Source: Patescibacteria group bacterium
GTDB taxonomy: Bacteria; Patescibacteriota; WWE3; 2-01-FULL-39-13
Assembly (NCBI GenBank): GCA_048499955.1
Contig: JASNYX010000002.1
Coordinates: 68,513 to 132,512, forward strand
Length of the DNA stretch: 64,000 nucleotides
Reading direction: 5' to 3'
Each line of letters opens with the position of its first letter. The stretch's first letter is position 1. The translations under genes were made by a program, and so were the position numbers. Of the stretch, positions 51,888 to 60,844 are shown in pieces. The notes below the pieces were generated by a model, which searched no databases, was not told the origin of the DNA, and saw nothing but the letters and a program-made list of their open reading frames with translations.

Positions 51888-53255
51888 TTACTCGGAATGG
51901 TATCGGGATTCCATCAATTTATATATATCGTAGTTTTCGTACTTGTTGAAAAGTTCGCGTGCAGAATTTTCGTCCCCGGACTTCTTCATCTCATCAGTAA
52001 TATCGGCGAGTTCGATTAGTCCCATAGATAACTTCATGTAATCCACATCGATTAATCCATCTTCTGCTATTTTTATACCGCCAACTTCGGAGAGATAATT
52101 AAGTGCTAAAGTGTAACCTCGTACATACGGAACTAAAGCCTTACTATACGTCTTGGGGTCCAGATTACTAAAATAATTGCTGATTGCTCTACCAATAAAT
52201 CTTAATACCATCATCATTTCGTATTCCTCATGCCTTAATGCTCCAACTAACACATGTTGTGCAGCAATTTTAGTACCCATCAGCGAAGAGTGAAGCTCTT
52301 TCAGCGGCAAATACATATCTTTAAATCGTTGTTCTTCGTTAGGGTATTTAAGAAATGCCTCGGCGATTTCGTGTGTCAAAACACTTCTTACAAAACCGGT
52401 TCTAATATCATACTCAGAAAATTTGGCCAATGAATCTTCCGTTATAAATTTCTTCATAACAGGAGAAAGCACGCCTTTTTCACGTTCAATTATATTTGTT
52501 GTATTTATGAGAATCTTTGTTCCGAATTTTTTAAGCTTTTCGTAATTGTTTGGATAATTAGAACCCATCGCCGGAGAGTATGCCTGTTTTCCGGCTCTAG
52601 CTAAAACATCATCCACACGGATTATTACTTTTTGATCCGCCATTTCATCTGAAGATTTCGTAGTAGAAGACATCCTAATAGCCCTAACAATCTCTATGTA
52701 AGGGTCCGGCCTAAAGTCGACAGTCGAGGTAGTCATTCTTAAACTTCCCTGGAACCCATATTTAATGTTCAACAAACCGTCGATATAAGGCTCAACAGGT
52801 GCCAACTGTAAATCAAGTACATTTCCCTCCTGAACTAACCAGTAGTCTTCCAATTGATCCCAATCGTTTGTGTTACAAGCAATGATTAGCTTACTAATAT
52901 AGCCTGATAGTCTGGCATCAGTAATAAATTCTAAGGCCTGATTGGCAAGTACAACAATTCTTTGGAGGTCTTCTTTATATTCTTCTGAAAATGGGACTGA
53001 GTACAGGTCACCTGATTCTGCTCGCTTAATTACTGTAAAGTGGCTTAAAAGTGTCGGATCTTTTTCACCTGCTTTTAGAACTTCTTCTTTTGTAGCGTCA
53101 TGAGGGTAAAAATTGCTCCCGACAAAATCAAGATTGATCTGCTTCTCAAATATTTCACCACAGATTTTGAGCATGTCTTGAATAAGGGCGACAGCTTTCA
53201 AATCTACATCGGACAAGGCAGTTTTATTAAATTCCTGTTCAGTATAATAATTCAT
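51888..53255 (-). CDS. Peptidase M49 (DPP III)-like protein with altered metal motif
   Basis: GSNFYPHDATKEE, PVEPYID, NYPN, GTK, THEIAE where HExxH is expected. Confidence 0.6.
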   Translation of the reverse strand: MNYYTEQEFNKTALSDVDLKAVALIQDMLKICGEIFEKQINLDFVGSNFYPHDATKEEVLKAGEKDPTLLSHFTVIKRAESGDLYSVPFSEEYKEDLQRIVVLANQALEFITDARLSGYISKLIIACNTNDWDQLEDYWLVQEGNVLDLQLAPVEPYIDGLLNIKYGFQGSLRMTTSTVDFRPDPYIEIVRAIRMSSTTKSSDEMADQKVIIRVDDVLARAGKQAYSPAMGSNYPNNYEKLKKFGTKILINTTNIIEREKGVLSPVMKKFITEDSLAKFSEYDIRTGFVRSVLTHEIAEAFLKYPNEEQRFKDMYLPLKELHSSLMGTKIAAQHVLVGALRHEEYEMMMVLRFIGRAISNYFSNLDPKTYSKALVPYVRGYTLALNYLSEVGGIKIAEDGLIDVDYMKLSMGLIELADITDEMKKSGDENSARELFNKYENYDIYKLMESRYHSE

Positions 53256-53280
53256 TAATTATTTTCTTTTGAGCGGGGCT

Positions 53281-53745
53281 TCACCTGATTTCCAAAACAC
53301 GATACTCGGAAACGATAATAGGTGTTTTCACAATTACAATATCACCTTTCTTTGCTCCAATGAGAGCTTTACCAACCGGCGATTCATTCGAAATCAGTCG
53401 TTCCGACGGATTTGCTTCTGCACTACCAACAATCTTGAAAGTCTGTTCCTGTCCGTTTACTTTTAAAACCACAACTGAACCAAGCTCAACTGTGTAGTGC
53501 GTTTTAGCCTCTTCGACAACAACTGAGCTCGAAAGAATACTCTCAATCTCAGCAATTCTTCCTTCGATGTAACCTTGTTGTTCCAATGCAGCATCATAAA
53601 CAAGATTTTCCTCTATATTTCCCATGTCGCGGGCTTCCTTGATTTTAGTGGCAATCTCAGTACGCGCAACCTGGCGTAGGTGATCCAATTCCTCTTTAAG
53701 CTTTTTATAGCCTGTTTGAGTTAAATAATTTTGAGTTGTTGCCAT
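53281..53745 (-). CDS. greA: GreA-family transcription factor, variant tip (GNIEEN)
   Basis: LTQTGYKKLKEEL, ARDMGNIEENLVYDAA, EANP, ISNESPVGKALIG. Confidence 0.85.
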   Translation of the reverse strand: MATTQNYLTQTGYKKLKEELDHLRQVARTEIATKIKEARDMGNIEENLVYDAALEQQGYIEGRIAEIESILSSSVVVEEAKTHYTVELGSVVVLKVNGQEQTFKIVGSAEANPSERLISNESPVGKALIGAKKGDIVIVKTPIIVSEYRVLEIR

Positions 53746-53746
53746 T

Positions 53747-54220
53747 TTATTTAATATCAATAATTTTATATTTTATTACTCCCATAGGAGCATTCACCTC
53801 AATGATTTCTCCTATTTCGCGTCCTAAAAGTGCTTGACCTAACGGAGACTCATGCGAAATTTTACCGGCAAGAGAATCTACCTCCTCGGTACCTACAACG
53901 GAATATTCCACTGTTTGCTTCTGGGACTCAAGTTTGACTTTTGATCCCAATGATACAGCTTTACTACCTCCATTATCAATAGGGGTTTCAGCAACCTGTG
54001 CATTTTTAATAATATCTTCAACTTCAAAAATACGGCCCTGAACCTGCCCCTGCTTTTCACGCATAGCAGTGTACATACCGTTTTCGCTTAAATCACCCAT
54101 AGATCTAGCCTCTTGTAGGTTTCTTAGCACCTCAGGCAATTGCACTGTCTGCAATTCATGGAGTTCTTTCTTTAATTCTTCGTACCCATCACGGGTAAGT
54201 AATATTTTTTGTCCTATCAT
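53747..54220 (-). CDS. greA: Transcription elongation factor GreA (canonical GDLSEN tip)
   Basis: LTRDGYEELKKEL, ARSMGDLSEN, KISHESPLGQALLG. Confidence 0.92.
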   Translation of the reverse strand: MIGQKILLTRDGYEELKKELHELQTVQLPEVLRNLQEARSMGDLSENGMYTAMREKQGQVQGRIFEVEDIIKNAQVAETPIDNGGSKAVSLGSKVKLESQKQTVEYSVVGTEEVDSLAGKISHESPLGQALLGREIGEIIEVNAPMGVIKYKIIDIK

Positions 54221-54655
54221 GGTTTTCCTTTTTTCTAGAAACAGCGGTCTAACCCAAAGCGGGCTTAGAAGCTATTTATAAGAATGAGAGATGTGTAACT
54301 CAGAAATTGTATCTGAATTATAGATCAAGTCAATCTCCCCCGGGAAACGTGATGATACACCTTCCCCAACGAAGATACAATATATAGATCTGCATGAATA
54401 TTAATATAAATAGATGCTTTTGGTCAATAGCATCCCTAACTACTCTTATATATCCCTTTATACGCCCGCTACGCCGAATTTATTCGATTATTCTGGGCAA
54501 GCTAAATAAAAGTCCAAATCTGATATACCTGCCCCTCAGAGCTCGATAGGCAGAAAGCTTCACACACACGGTATTGTTGTCGCCATTTAGTAACCAGAAA
54601 TCCTTCGACAGACGCGATTAGGCTGATTCGTGATAAAATTTGTCAGATTAAATTC

Positions 54656-54730
54656 GGCCCCTTCGTCTATCGATTAGGACACCAGGTTCTCATCCTGGAA
54701 AGATGGGTTTGATTCCCATAGGGGTCACCA
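54656..54730 (+). tRNA. tRNA-Glu(CTC) with encoded CCA; probable integration site
   Basis: Cloverleaf: GGCCCCT/AGGGGTC acceptor, GTCT/GGAC D-stem, CCAGG-TTCTCAT-CCTGG anticodon arm, ATGGG-TTTGATT-CCCAT T-arm, ACCA end; TGATAAAAT extended -10 at 54631-54639. Confidence 0.9.
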
Positions 54731-56397
54731 TCAGGGACTAAGGCCGCAGCAAACTGCGGTTTTAGTCCTAAATATCGGACTAATTTTGGTGTTCCAGAAA
54801 GCAAATCTTGGTAGGTTGGCGTTTCTTCAAAAAGTAGGCTGAAATACTCTGCCTGCTTGAGTGGATTTTGCCCGTGTAGCAACAATTCTTCGAGGTGTTC
54901 CAGAAAATATCCTACGTTATCCATAACGACATCCATCCGAGTCTCCTTTCCTTGGTCTGACTTTTCTTGTTTGCTGTTTTCAAGTTGAGTGATTTCCTGC
55001 TCAACTTTGATCAAATCTTCCTCCATATATTTAATTGCCACTTCAGAAGACAGATAGCGGATTTTCTCGGCGATAGCTTTGGCGGTCATTCTTAGTTCAG
55101 AGATTTTGGTTTCTATAGTGGTAGTATCTTTTTCCTGCTCATCCTGGCGCTGATTCCACAACTCCATAACGTGCGCTTTGAGCTTCTCGACATATTCTGG
55201 TGTGATATCCAAGTTTTTCACAAAGTTTTCTATGGTCTGATTGAAGTCTTTGTTGGGTACTCGGAAATAGTGGCCACGTTTATTGCAATGGTATGCAGGA
55301 TAGTATTTGCCCAGCTTGCCTCTCGATGCACTGCCAAACAGTGGCTTGCGGCAGTGTGGACATAGAACATGACGTTTGTATGGAAAATCCGGATTTTTGA
55401 CCTGTTTGTTTAACAGCCAAGGTTTTGGCGTTTGTTTCCAAAACCGCACCTCTCCATTTTCTTCAACCAAAACTCTTTTGCCTTTATTTGCCTTGTTGTA
55501 CAACTCTATAGATACCAAGCCTTCAAATTTGCCCTTTACCGGTTGGCCTTCCGTCCATTTTTCGACATTAACACCAGCATAGATAGGATTTTGTATAAAT
55601 CTCCAGAATTGTTTTATTCTGAGTTTGTTGTTACCAATTTCACCGATCACTTTTGTTTTGTCTTTTGAGTCACGTTTGTACATCTTTCTGGTACGGAAAC
55701 CCAATGCATTTACTTCGTCAACGATCTGTTCATCGTTTAATGTCCCTCTAGCACGTAGCTCGAACATTTTGGCAATCCATTCTGATTCTTCTGGATGTGG
55801 CTTTAGGACCACACGTTTACCGTGAGAAGTCTCAATTTTCTCGTTCACATAGCCAAATGGCGGTTGTCTGACTCTAAATCCCAAGCGTACATAGCGGATT
55901 TCAGCACCGATCATGCGGGTCATGATGTCGCGCATCTCGTCTTTAGCCCGCTCAGCTTCGAGTATTTCAGCCTTTTTAGTTGGACTGTAAATGCTCCAGT
56001 CATATTGGATGTTTAGATGTTCTAATGTATTTACTTCTTGGCTGCCGATAATGCCATAGATATCAACCAGTCTGACTCCATATTTAGTAAGTTGCATTTT
56101 CAAATGGTCATACAAATATGATCCGCCGCGAGTAAACCGATCGATGGATTTGATTATGAAAAGCTGCACATCATTTTTAGGATCTTTGCAGTAATCTATG
56201 GCTTCCTGAACAGGTTGCTCTTCTTTGGAAGCTGACTCCATAAAGATAAAGAATTTCTTGATCTTGATGTTGTGTGCTTGGGCAAACCGCTCAATCTGTT
56301 CTTTCTGCGCTTCCGGTGAATCGCCCTGCAAACCCTGCTTTACTGATGAAATTCTGATGGCGGCGACGGCATTTTCCTGAGCAGTTTGGCTATTCAT
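54667..56397 (-). CDS. Large serine recombinase (resolvase + recombinase + Zn-ribbon + coiled coil)
   Basis: AIRISS catalytic Ser motif, ESAS, DRFTR, PPFGY, NPIYAG, CPHC...YHC, coiled coil; last 20 codons are antisense to tRNA-Glu. Confidence 0.92.
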   Translation of the reverse strand: MNSQTAQENAVAAIRISSVKQGLQGDSPEAQKEQIERFAQAHNIKIKKFFIFMESASKEEQPVQEAIDYCKDPKNDVQLFIIKSIDRFTRGGSYLYDHLKMQLTKYGVRLVDIYGIIGSQEVNTLEHLNIQYDWSIYSPTKKAEILEAERAKDEMRDIMTRMIGAEIRYVRLGFRVRQPPFGYVNEKIETSHGKRVVLKPHPEESEWIAKMFELRARGTLNDEQIVDEVNALGFRTRKMYKRDSKDKTKVIGEIGNNKLRIKQFWRFIQNPIYAGVNVEKWTEGQPVKGKFEGLVSIELYNKANKGKRVLVEENGEVRFWKQTPKPWLLNKQVKNPDFPYKRHVLCPHCRKPLFGSASRGKLGKYYPAYHCNKRGHYFRVPNKDFNQTIENFVKNLDITPEYVEKLKAHVMELWNQRQDEQEKDTTTIETKISELRMTAKAIAEKIRYLSSEVAIKYMEEDLIKVEQEITQLENSKQEKSDQGKETRMDVVMDNVGYFLEHLEELLLHGQNPLKQAEYFSLLFEETPTYQDLLSGTPKLVRYLGLKPQFAAALVPDGDPYGNQTHLSRMRTWCPNR

Positions 56398-56576
56398 ACG
56401 TTTACCTGATGTTTATTGGTAGTTACCCGTACTATTCCGCTTTTCTTGTCTTCTATGATCCGGTCTACTATCAGATGGGCCAGCGTTTTTAGCCATTCTT
56501 CGTTGTGATCAGCACTCGAAGTTTTTGAGGTTTCAGAGGTTGTTGTAATTTGTTTTACCCGATTGTCTTGTCTCAT
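56394..56576 (-). CDS. Small protein translationally coupled to the integrase
   Basis: 60 aa; TGA overlaps the integrase ATG (ATGA); downstream of consensus promoters. Confidence 0.55.
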   Translation of the reverse strand: MRQDNRVKQITTTSETSKTSSADHNEEWLKTLAHLIVDRIIEDKKSGIVRVTTNKHQVNV

Positions 56577-56597
56577 ACCTGCTCTATACAACTATCC

Positions 56598-56637
56598 ATT
56601 ATACGGATAGTATAGACACTTTCAAGCAGAGTGTCAA
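56598..56637 (-). promoter_or_regulatory. Two overlapping sigma70-type promoters for the small ORF-integrase unit
   Basis: TTGACA-N17-TATACT (56637-56609) and TTGAAA-N16-TATAAT (56625-56598), overlapped by inverted repeats GACACT/AGTGTC and ACTATCC/GGATAGT. Confidence 0.7.
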
Positions 56638-56736
56638 GGCAAAATATTAACCAATTTGGACTGTTATTTCTTTACTCTTGATGTGTTTTGATATAGACTG
56701 CTTGCTAATCTGCCTCTAGTAAAAAACTAAGGCAAA

Positions 56737-59385
56737 ATGGACGCTCTAAACACTAACCCACTGCTTCAATATCTTAACCCCAGCTTTGATAATTTGTCCT
56801 CTAGATTCCAACTGATTTTGTCGATTTTTCCTTTCAGTGAGATTGTATTCTGGCTAGGTATATTTTTACTCGCGATAGTAGTTTTTAGCGGAGTGCTTTA
56901 TCTCGTCCACAAGTTTGTGCTCGTATATCTCCAGCTAAAGGAAACGTATACATTTCTAGAAGTCACTCCACCCAAAGAAACACTCAAAAGCTCATATACC
57001 ACCCAACAGCTGTTTAATCTATTGCACGGATTGGCTAGACAACGCTCCTGGTGGCAAAGGTTTATTGGAAGTCAAAAAAACTATGCCTTTGAAATAGTAT
57101 CGACCAAGGACGATGGGATCAGGTACTTGCTTCGGGTCAACGAAGAAGATGCGGATCTGATTAAGAAGAGCTTGCTGTCTTATCTCCCAGGTTTAAGCGT
57201 CACTGTTGCTAAGGATTATATGACTGAAAGTTTTGATACTCACAAAAGAGTTATTGCCCAATTTGGACTGGCAAATCACTTTGCATTTCCTCTCAAAAAA
57301 CAGGATGAGTTGGGAGAACACGATCCGATTGCATATATTACCGGCAACATGACCAAGCTTTCAAAGGATGAGCTGGTAGTTTTCCAACTGGTTGCTTCAC
57401 CGGTCAACAAAAGTGCTATTTCTGATATCAGGCGTATCTCTCATCTGATTTATGCTAATAAAGATTTAATTTCCGGTTTAAAGGCAATTAGAGCAGCCGG
57501 TTTATTTGTTGGTATCTTTAAGGGAGTTATTTTTCTTGGCTTTTATGTACTGACTTTGCCGATAGGCATTGTAGTATTTCTGGCTTCTAATGGGCGTGAA
57601 GGTCCGTTATTGCCATTGCCTTTTGGAAATGAACCGGCCAAAACAGCTAATCCGTACCAAGAGGAATTGGAGATTTCAATCAAAGCCAAGCTCGATCAGC
57701 AGCTTTTTGCCACCAGCATCAGGCTATTAGTAGTCGGCAACAACAGGACTGATAACTACAAAAGAGTCCGGGGTTTTGTTTCCTCACTGGCTTCTTTTAG
57801 CAATTCGGCCTATCAGTTCATCAAAAGAGCAAGAGAACTAAAGGTTAATTACTATGAAAGATATAAACAGTTCTGTTTCAGACAACGCCTTCCTGCATTT
57901 TTCACTTCTATCCTGTCCGTTTCAGAAGTGGCTGACCTCTATCATTTTCCTTTCACCAAAACCACTAGAACTGAGGATATTCAAAAAATTCACAGTAAAG
58001 AATTGCCAGCTCCAGTTTCATTAAAAAAAGCTAACGACTTGGATGTAGTCTTTGCCAAAAACACGTATGGCGGCAACACTACTATGATTGGGCTTAACCA
58101 GGAAGAGCGCCGTCGACACATGTATATTCTTGGTGCAACCGGTACGGGTAAGTCCACCATGCTTTTATCCATGATTAACCAGGATTTGCAGAACGGGAAA
58201 GGCCTCTGCGTCATTGATCCGCATGGTGAGCTGATTGATAGCATCTTGCCGCTTATCCCTGAAAACAGAATCAAAGATGTTGTGTATTTCAACCCTGATG
58301 ATATTAGTTATCCCGTTGGATTGAATCTGCTGGAACTGCCAACCGATATCACCGGCGATCCGTTGCTGCGGGAAAAAGAGCTCATTACTGAAAGCATTAT
58401 TTCGCTTTTTCATAAAATCTATGATGATAAGTACTCCGGCCCTAGAATGGAATATATTCTGCGGAACACTATCCATACGGCATTTACTACCGAAAATCCG
58501 ACCTTATTTACGATCTATAAGTTGCTGATAAATGAAGACTTCCGAAAGAAAGTAACAAGCAAGCTGGAAGAAGAAAACCTACATGATTTTTGGAAATATG
58601 AATTTTCCAAAGCCGGTGACTACCAGAAAGTGAAAATGATTTCCCCGATTACTAACAAAATAGGTCGGTTTTTATTCTCGCCAACTGCCAAACGCATCCT
58701 GGAACAGGAAAAATCCACTATTAACTTTGATGACATTATGGATTCCGGCAAAATCCTTCTTTGTAATGTCTCCAAGGGTAAGATCGGGGAAGACAACTCG
58801 CAGGTATTCGGAACATTGGTAATGACCAAGATTCAACTGGCAGCACTCAAACGGGCAAGACAAAAGAGCGATACTAGACGGGACTTTTATCTCTATGTGG
58901 ATGAATTCCAAAACTTTGCCACACCATCATTCGCCCAAATACTCTCTGAAGCCAGAAAGTACCGCCTGAATGCAATCCTGGCTCACCAAACAACTTCTCA
59001 GCTGGAAGACAAGTCACTAGTGCATGTCACACTTGCCAATACTGGTACCGTCATTTGTTTTAGGACTGCCAATCCCGAAGATGAACGGTTGATCCTGCCG
59101 CAATTCATTCCCTATGTCCAGCCGGGTGAAATTGATAATCTGCCCTCATTCCACTTCTATATCAAGATTGCCGCCCTCCGGCCGGAAGAACCATTTTCCG
59201 GGGAAACCATGCCAGTCAAGGTGCCAGACATTCCGGCAATGGTACAACAAATTATTGAGGCTTCGAGAGTTCATTTTGCCAAGGAGTTTGTGGCAACGGC
59301 TTCGACGTTTAAGCCGAAAGCTATTCCCAATAAGCGTGCGTTTAAGACAAAGACGAATAAGAAAAGCGATGTTTTTCCTGACTGA
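56737..59385 (+). CDS. VirD4/TraG-like coupling ATPase (HerA/FtsK superfamily) with N-terminal membrane region
   Basis: RRRHMYILGATGTGKST, VIDPHGEL, LYVDEFQNF, SEARKYRL, LAHQ; N-terminal TM segments. Confidence 0.85.
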   Translation: MDALNTNPLLQYLNPSFDNLSSRFQLILSIFPFSEIVFWLGIFLLAIVVFSGVLYLVHKFVLVYLQLKETYTFLEVTPPKETLKSSYTTQQLFNLLHGLARQRSWWQRFIGSQKNYAFEIVSTKDDGIRYLLRVNEEDADLIKKSLLSYLPGLSVTVAKDYMTESFDTHKRVIAQFGLANHFAFPLKKQDELGEHDPIAYITGNMTKLSKDELVVFQLVASPVNKSAISDIRRISHLIYANKDLISGLKAIRAAGLFVGIFKGVIFLGFYVLTLPIGIVVFLASNGREGPLLPLPFGNEPAKTANPYQEELEISIKAKLDQQLFATSIRLLVVGNNRTDNYKRVRGFVSSLASFSNSAYQFIKRARELKVNYYERYKQFCFRQRLPAFFTSILSVSEVADLYHFPFTKTTRTEDIQKIHSKELPAPVSLKKANDLDVVFAKNTYGGNTTMIGLNQEERRRHMYILGATGTGKSTMLLSMINQDLQNGKGLCVIDPHGELIDSILPLIPENRIKDVVYFNPDDISYPVGLNLLELPTDITGDPLLREKELITESIISLFHKIYDDKYSGPRMEYILRNTIHTAFTTENPTLFTIYKLLINEDFRKKVTSKLEEENLHDFWKYEFSKAGDYQKVKMISPITNKIGRFLFSPTAKRILEQEKSTINFDDIMDSGKILLCNVSKGKIGEDNSQVFGTLVMTKIQLAALKRARQKSDTRRDFYLYVDEFQNFATPSFAQILSEARKYRLNAILAHQTTSQLEDKSLVHVTLANTGTVICFRTANPEDERLILPQFIPYVQPGEIDNLPSFHFYIKIAALRPEEPFSGETMPVKVPDIPAMVQQIIEASRVHFAKEFVATASTFKPKAIPNKRAFKTKTNKKSDVFPD

Positions 59386-59487
59386 AAATGTAACAGCCGG
59401 TTGTTACAAAAAATCAATCAATTTTCAGGCTAAGGGAATACCTTTTCTTTACCTCTTTTCCTTTCTTAGAAAGGGAGGAATGAATAT

Positions 59488-60258
59488 ATGACTATATACG
59501 ATCTAACCGACAAACAACTTGAAATACTTCTGCTTATCTATCGGTTCCGTTTCCTTAATAGAAACCATATTCAACAATTCCTCAATCATAAAAATCATAG
59601 TCTTATCATCCGCTACCTAAATCAACTATCAGACTACCAACTCATCAACAAAATCCACTCCACCAAAAGAACAGACATCAACTCACCATCAGTCTATTAT
59701 CTGGCCACCAAAGCCAAGTCACTGCTTAAAGACTATGACAAATGTAACCCTGACCTCCTGGGGAGAGTCTATCGGGAAAAATACCGCTCCGAATCCTTTA
59801 GAAACCATTGTTTACTACTCGCTGACCTCTACTTCCTATTCCAAAAAGCAGCTGAAGAACAAAAAGCCATCTGTCACTTTTACACCGCAACCGATATTTC
59901 CACTGTTGCCTACGCACCACTACCACTGCCGGATGCTTATGTCACAATTAAAGAAAAGAATAAGCACATCAAGCGTTATTTTCTGGATATTTTTAATGAC
60001 GGTATGCCCATGTTTGCCGTGAGGAGGAGAATCAACCAGTACTGCCGCTACTATGCCGGCAATTTCTGGCAGGATCACAATAAAGATCCGTTTCCAAAAG
60101 TTTTTCTAATTTGCCCCACGGTCCGGGTCCAGAAATCACTCCTAAAATTTATCCCGCAAACATTGACGGTCGAAGGCGCCGATATTTCTTTCTTTCTTGG
60201 GTTAAAAGAAGACCTTGTAAAACGGGGAATCCGGCCGGATTCTTGGGAAGCAACCTAA
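59488..60258 (+). CDS. Replication-relaxation (Replic_Relax-like) protein
   Basis: N-terminal wHTH (ILLLIYRFRFLNRNHI), FRNHCLLLADLY, LPDAYV, RYFLDI PD-(D/E)xK-like core; GGAGG SD. Confidence 0.75.
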   Translation: MTIYDLTDKQLEILLLIYRFRFLNRNHIQQFLNHKNHSLIIRYLNQLSDYQLINKIHSTKRTDINSPSVYYLATKAKSLLKDYDKCNPDLLGRVYREKYRSESFRNHCLLLADLYFLFQKAAEEQKAICHFYTATDISTVAYAPLPLPDAYVTIKEKNKHIKRYFLDIFNDGMPMFAVRRRINQYCRYYAGNFWQDHNKDPFPKVFLICPTVRVQKSLLKFIPQTLTVEGADISFFLGLKEDLVKRGIRPDSWEAT

Positions 60259-60259
60259 A

Positions 60260-60427
60260 CTACTTCCTCTTTTCTTCTTCTGATAGTATCTCGTGCCCAG
60301 CTCGCATAATTTTCTGCACCAGTACCGTTACAACCCCTTGCAAGTCGCTTCGGGTGAACTCGTTCTGGTTGTCGATGAGTTCCATGATTTCATCCTCATA
60401 CTGACTTGTTAGTCTTGGATCAATCAT
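60260..60427 (-). CDS. Small hypothetical protein (55 aa)
   Basis: Below the ORF-track cutoff; MIDPRLTSQYEDEIMELIDNQNEFTRSDLQGVVTVLVQKIMRAGHEILSEEEKRK preceded by AAAGGAGGTGA. Confidence 0.7.
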   Translation of the reverse strand: MIDPRLTSQYEDEIMELIDNQNEFTRSDLQGVVTVLVQKIMRAGHEILSEEEKRK

Positions 60428-60478
60428 ATTTATTCACCTCCTTTATATTTTACTAAACTCACACTACCGGCCGCGGGG

Positions 60479-60802
60479 TTATTCCCCGCGGTTTATCGGT
60501 ATCTCTTGAATATCTTTGAACCTGGTTGGCTTAAAGTGCAGATCTCTTTCTATTCCCAGGCCAAATTTGCCTTTGTAACTTTCCAGCTCCAAAAGTGAAA
60601 AGTAGCCCCATTCATCGTTCCAGTCCCCAAAGATTGAAACGTATCCATAGAATGTTTGATCTTCCGGGTAATACTCGGTGGCATACCAAGTACCCGCACC
60701 GGTAGGATTAAAAAATCTAGCAATGACTAGCGGATCACTGCTTGCTTCTTGCCTTCCGGCTTTCTCAAACTCTTCCAGTAGTTCCTTAGTTAATAGTTTC
60801 AT
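60479..60802 (-). CDS. DUF2958 family protein
   Basis: ARFFNPTGAGTWYATE, FYGYV, EWGYFSLLELES, IERDLHF; SD AAAGGAGGTGA. Confidence 0.85.
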   Translation of the reverse strand: MKLLTKELLEEFEKAGRQEASSDPLVIARFFNPTGAGTWYATEYYPEDQTFYGYVSIFGDWNDEWGYFSLLELESYKGKFGLGIERDLHFKPTRFKDIQEIPINRGE

Positions 60803-60844
60803 ATAGCTTCACCTCCTTTTTGCATCTTCCTGATAATTTTTGTT

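Noticed and set aside
54221-54655. Long greA-tRNA intergenic region with a leader hairpin (TCTAAGCCC/GGGTTAGA) and a short CA run
   Set aside because: Explained by divergent promoters; the hairpin lacks a convincing U-tract and the CA run is too short to be meaningful.
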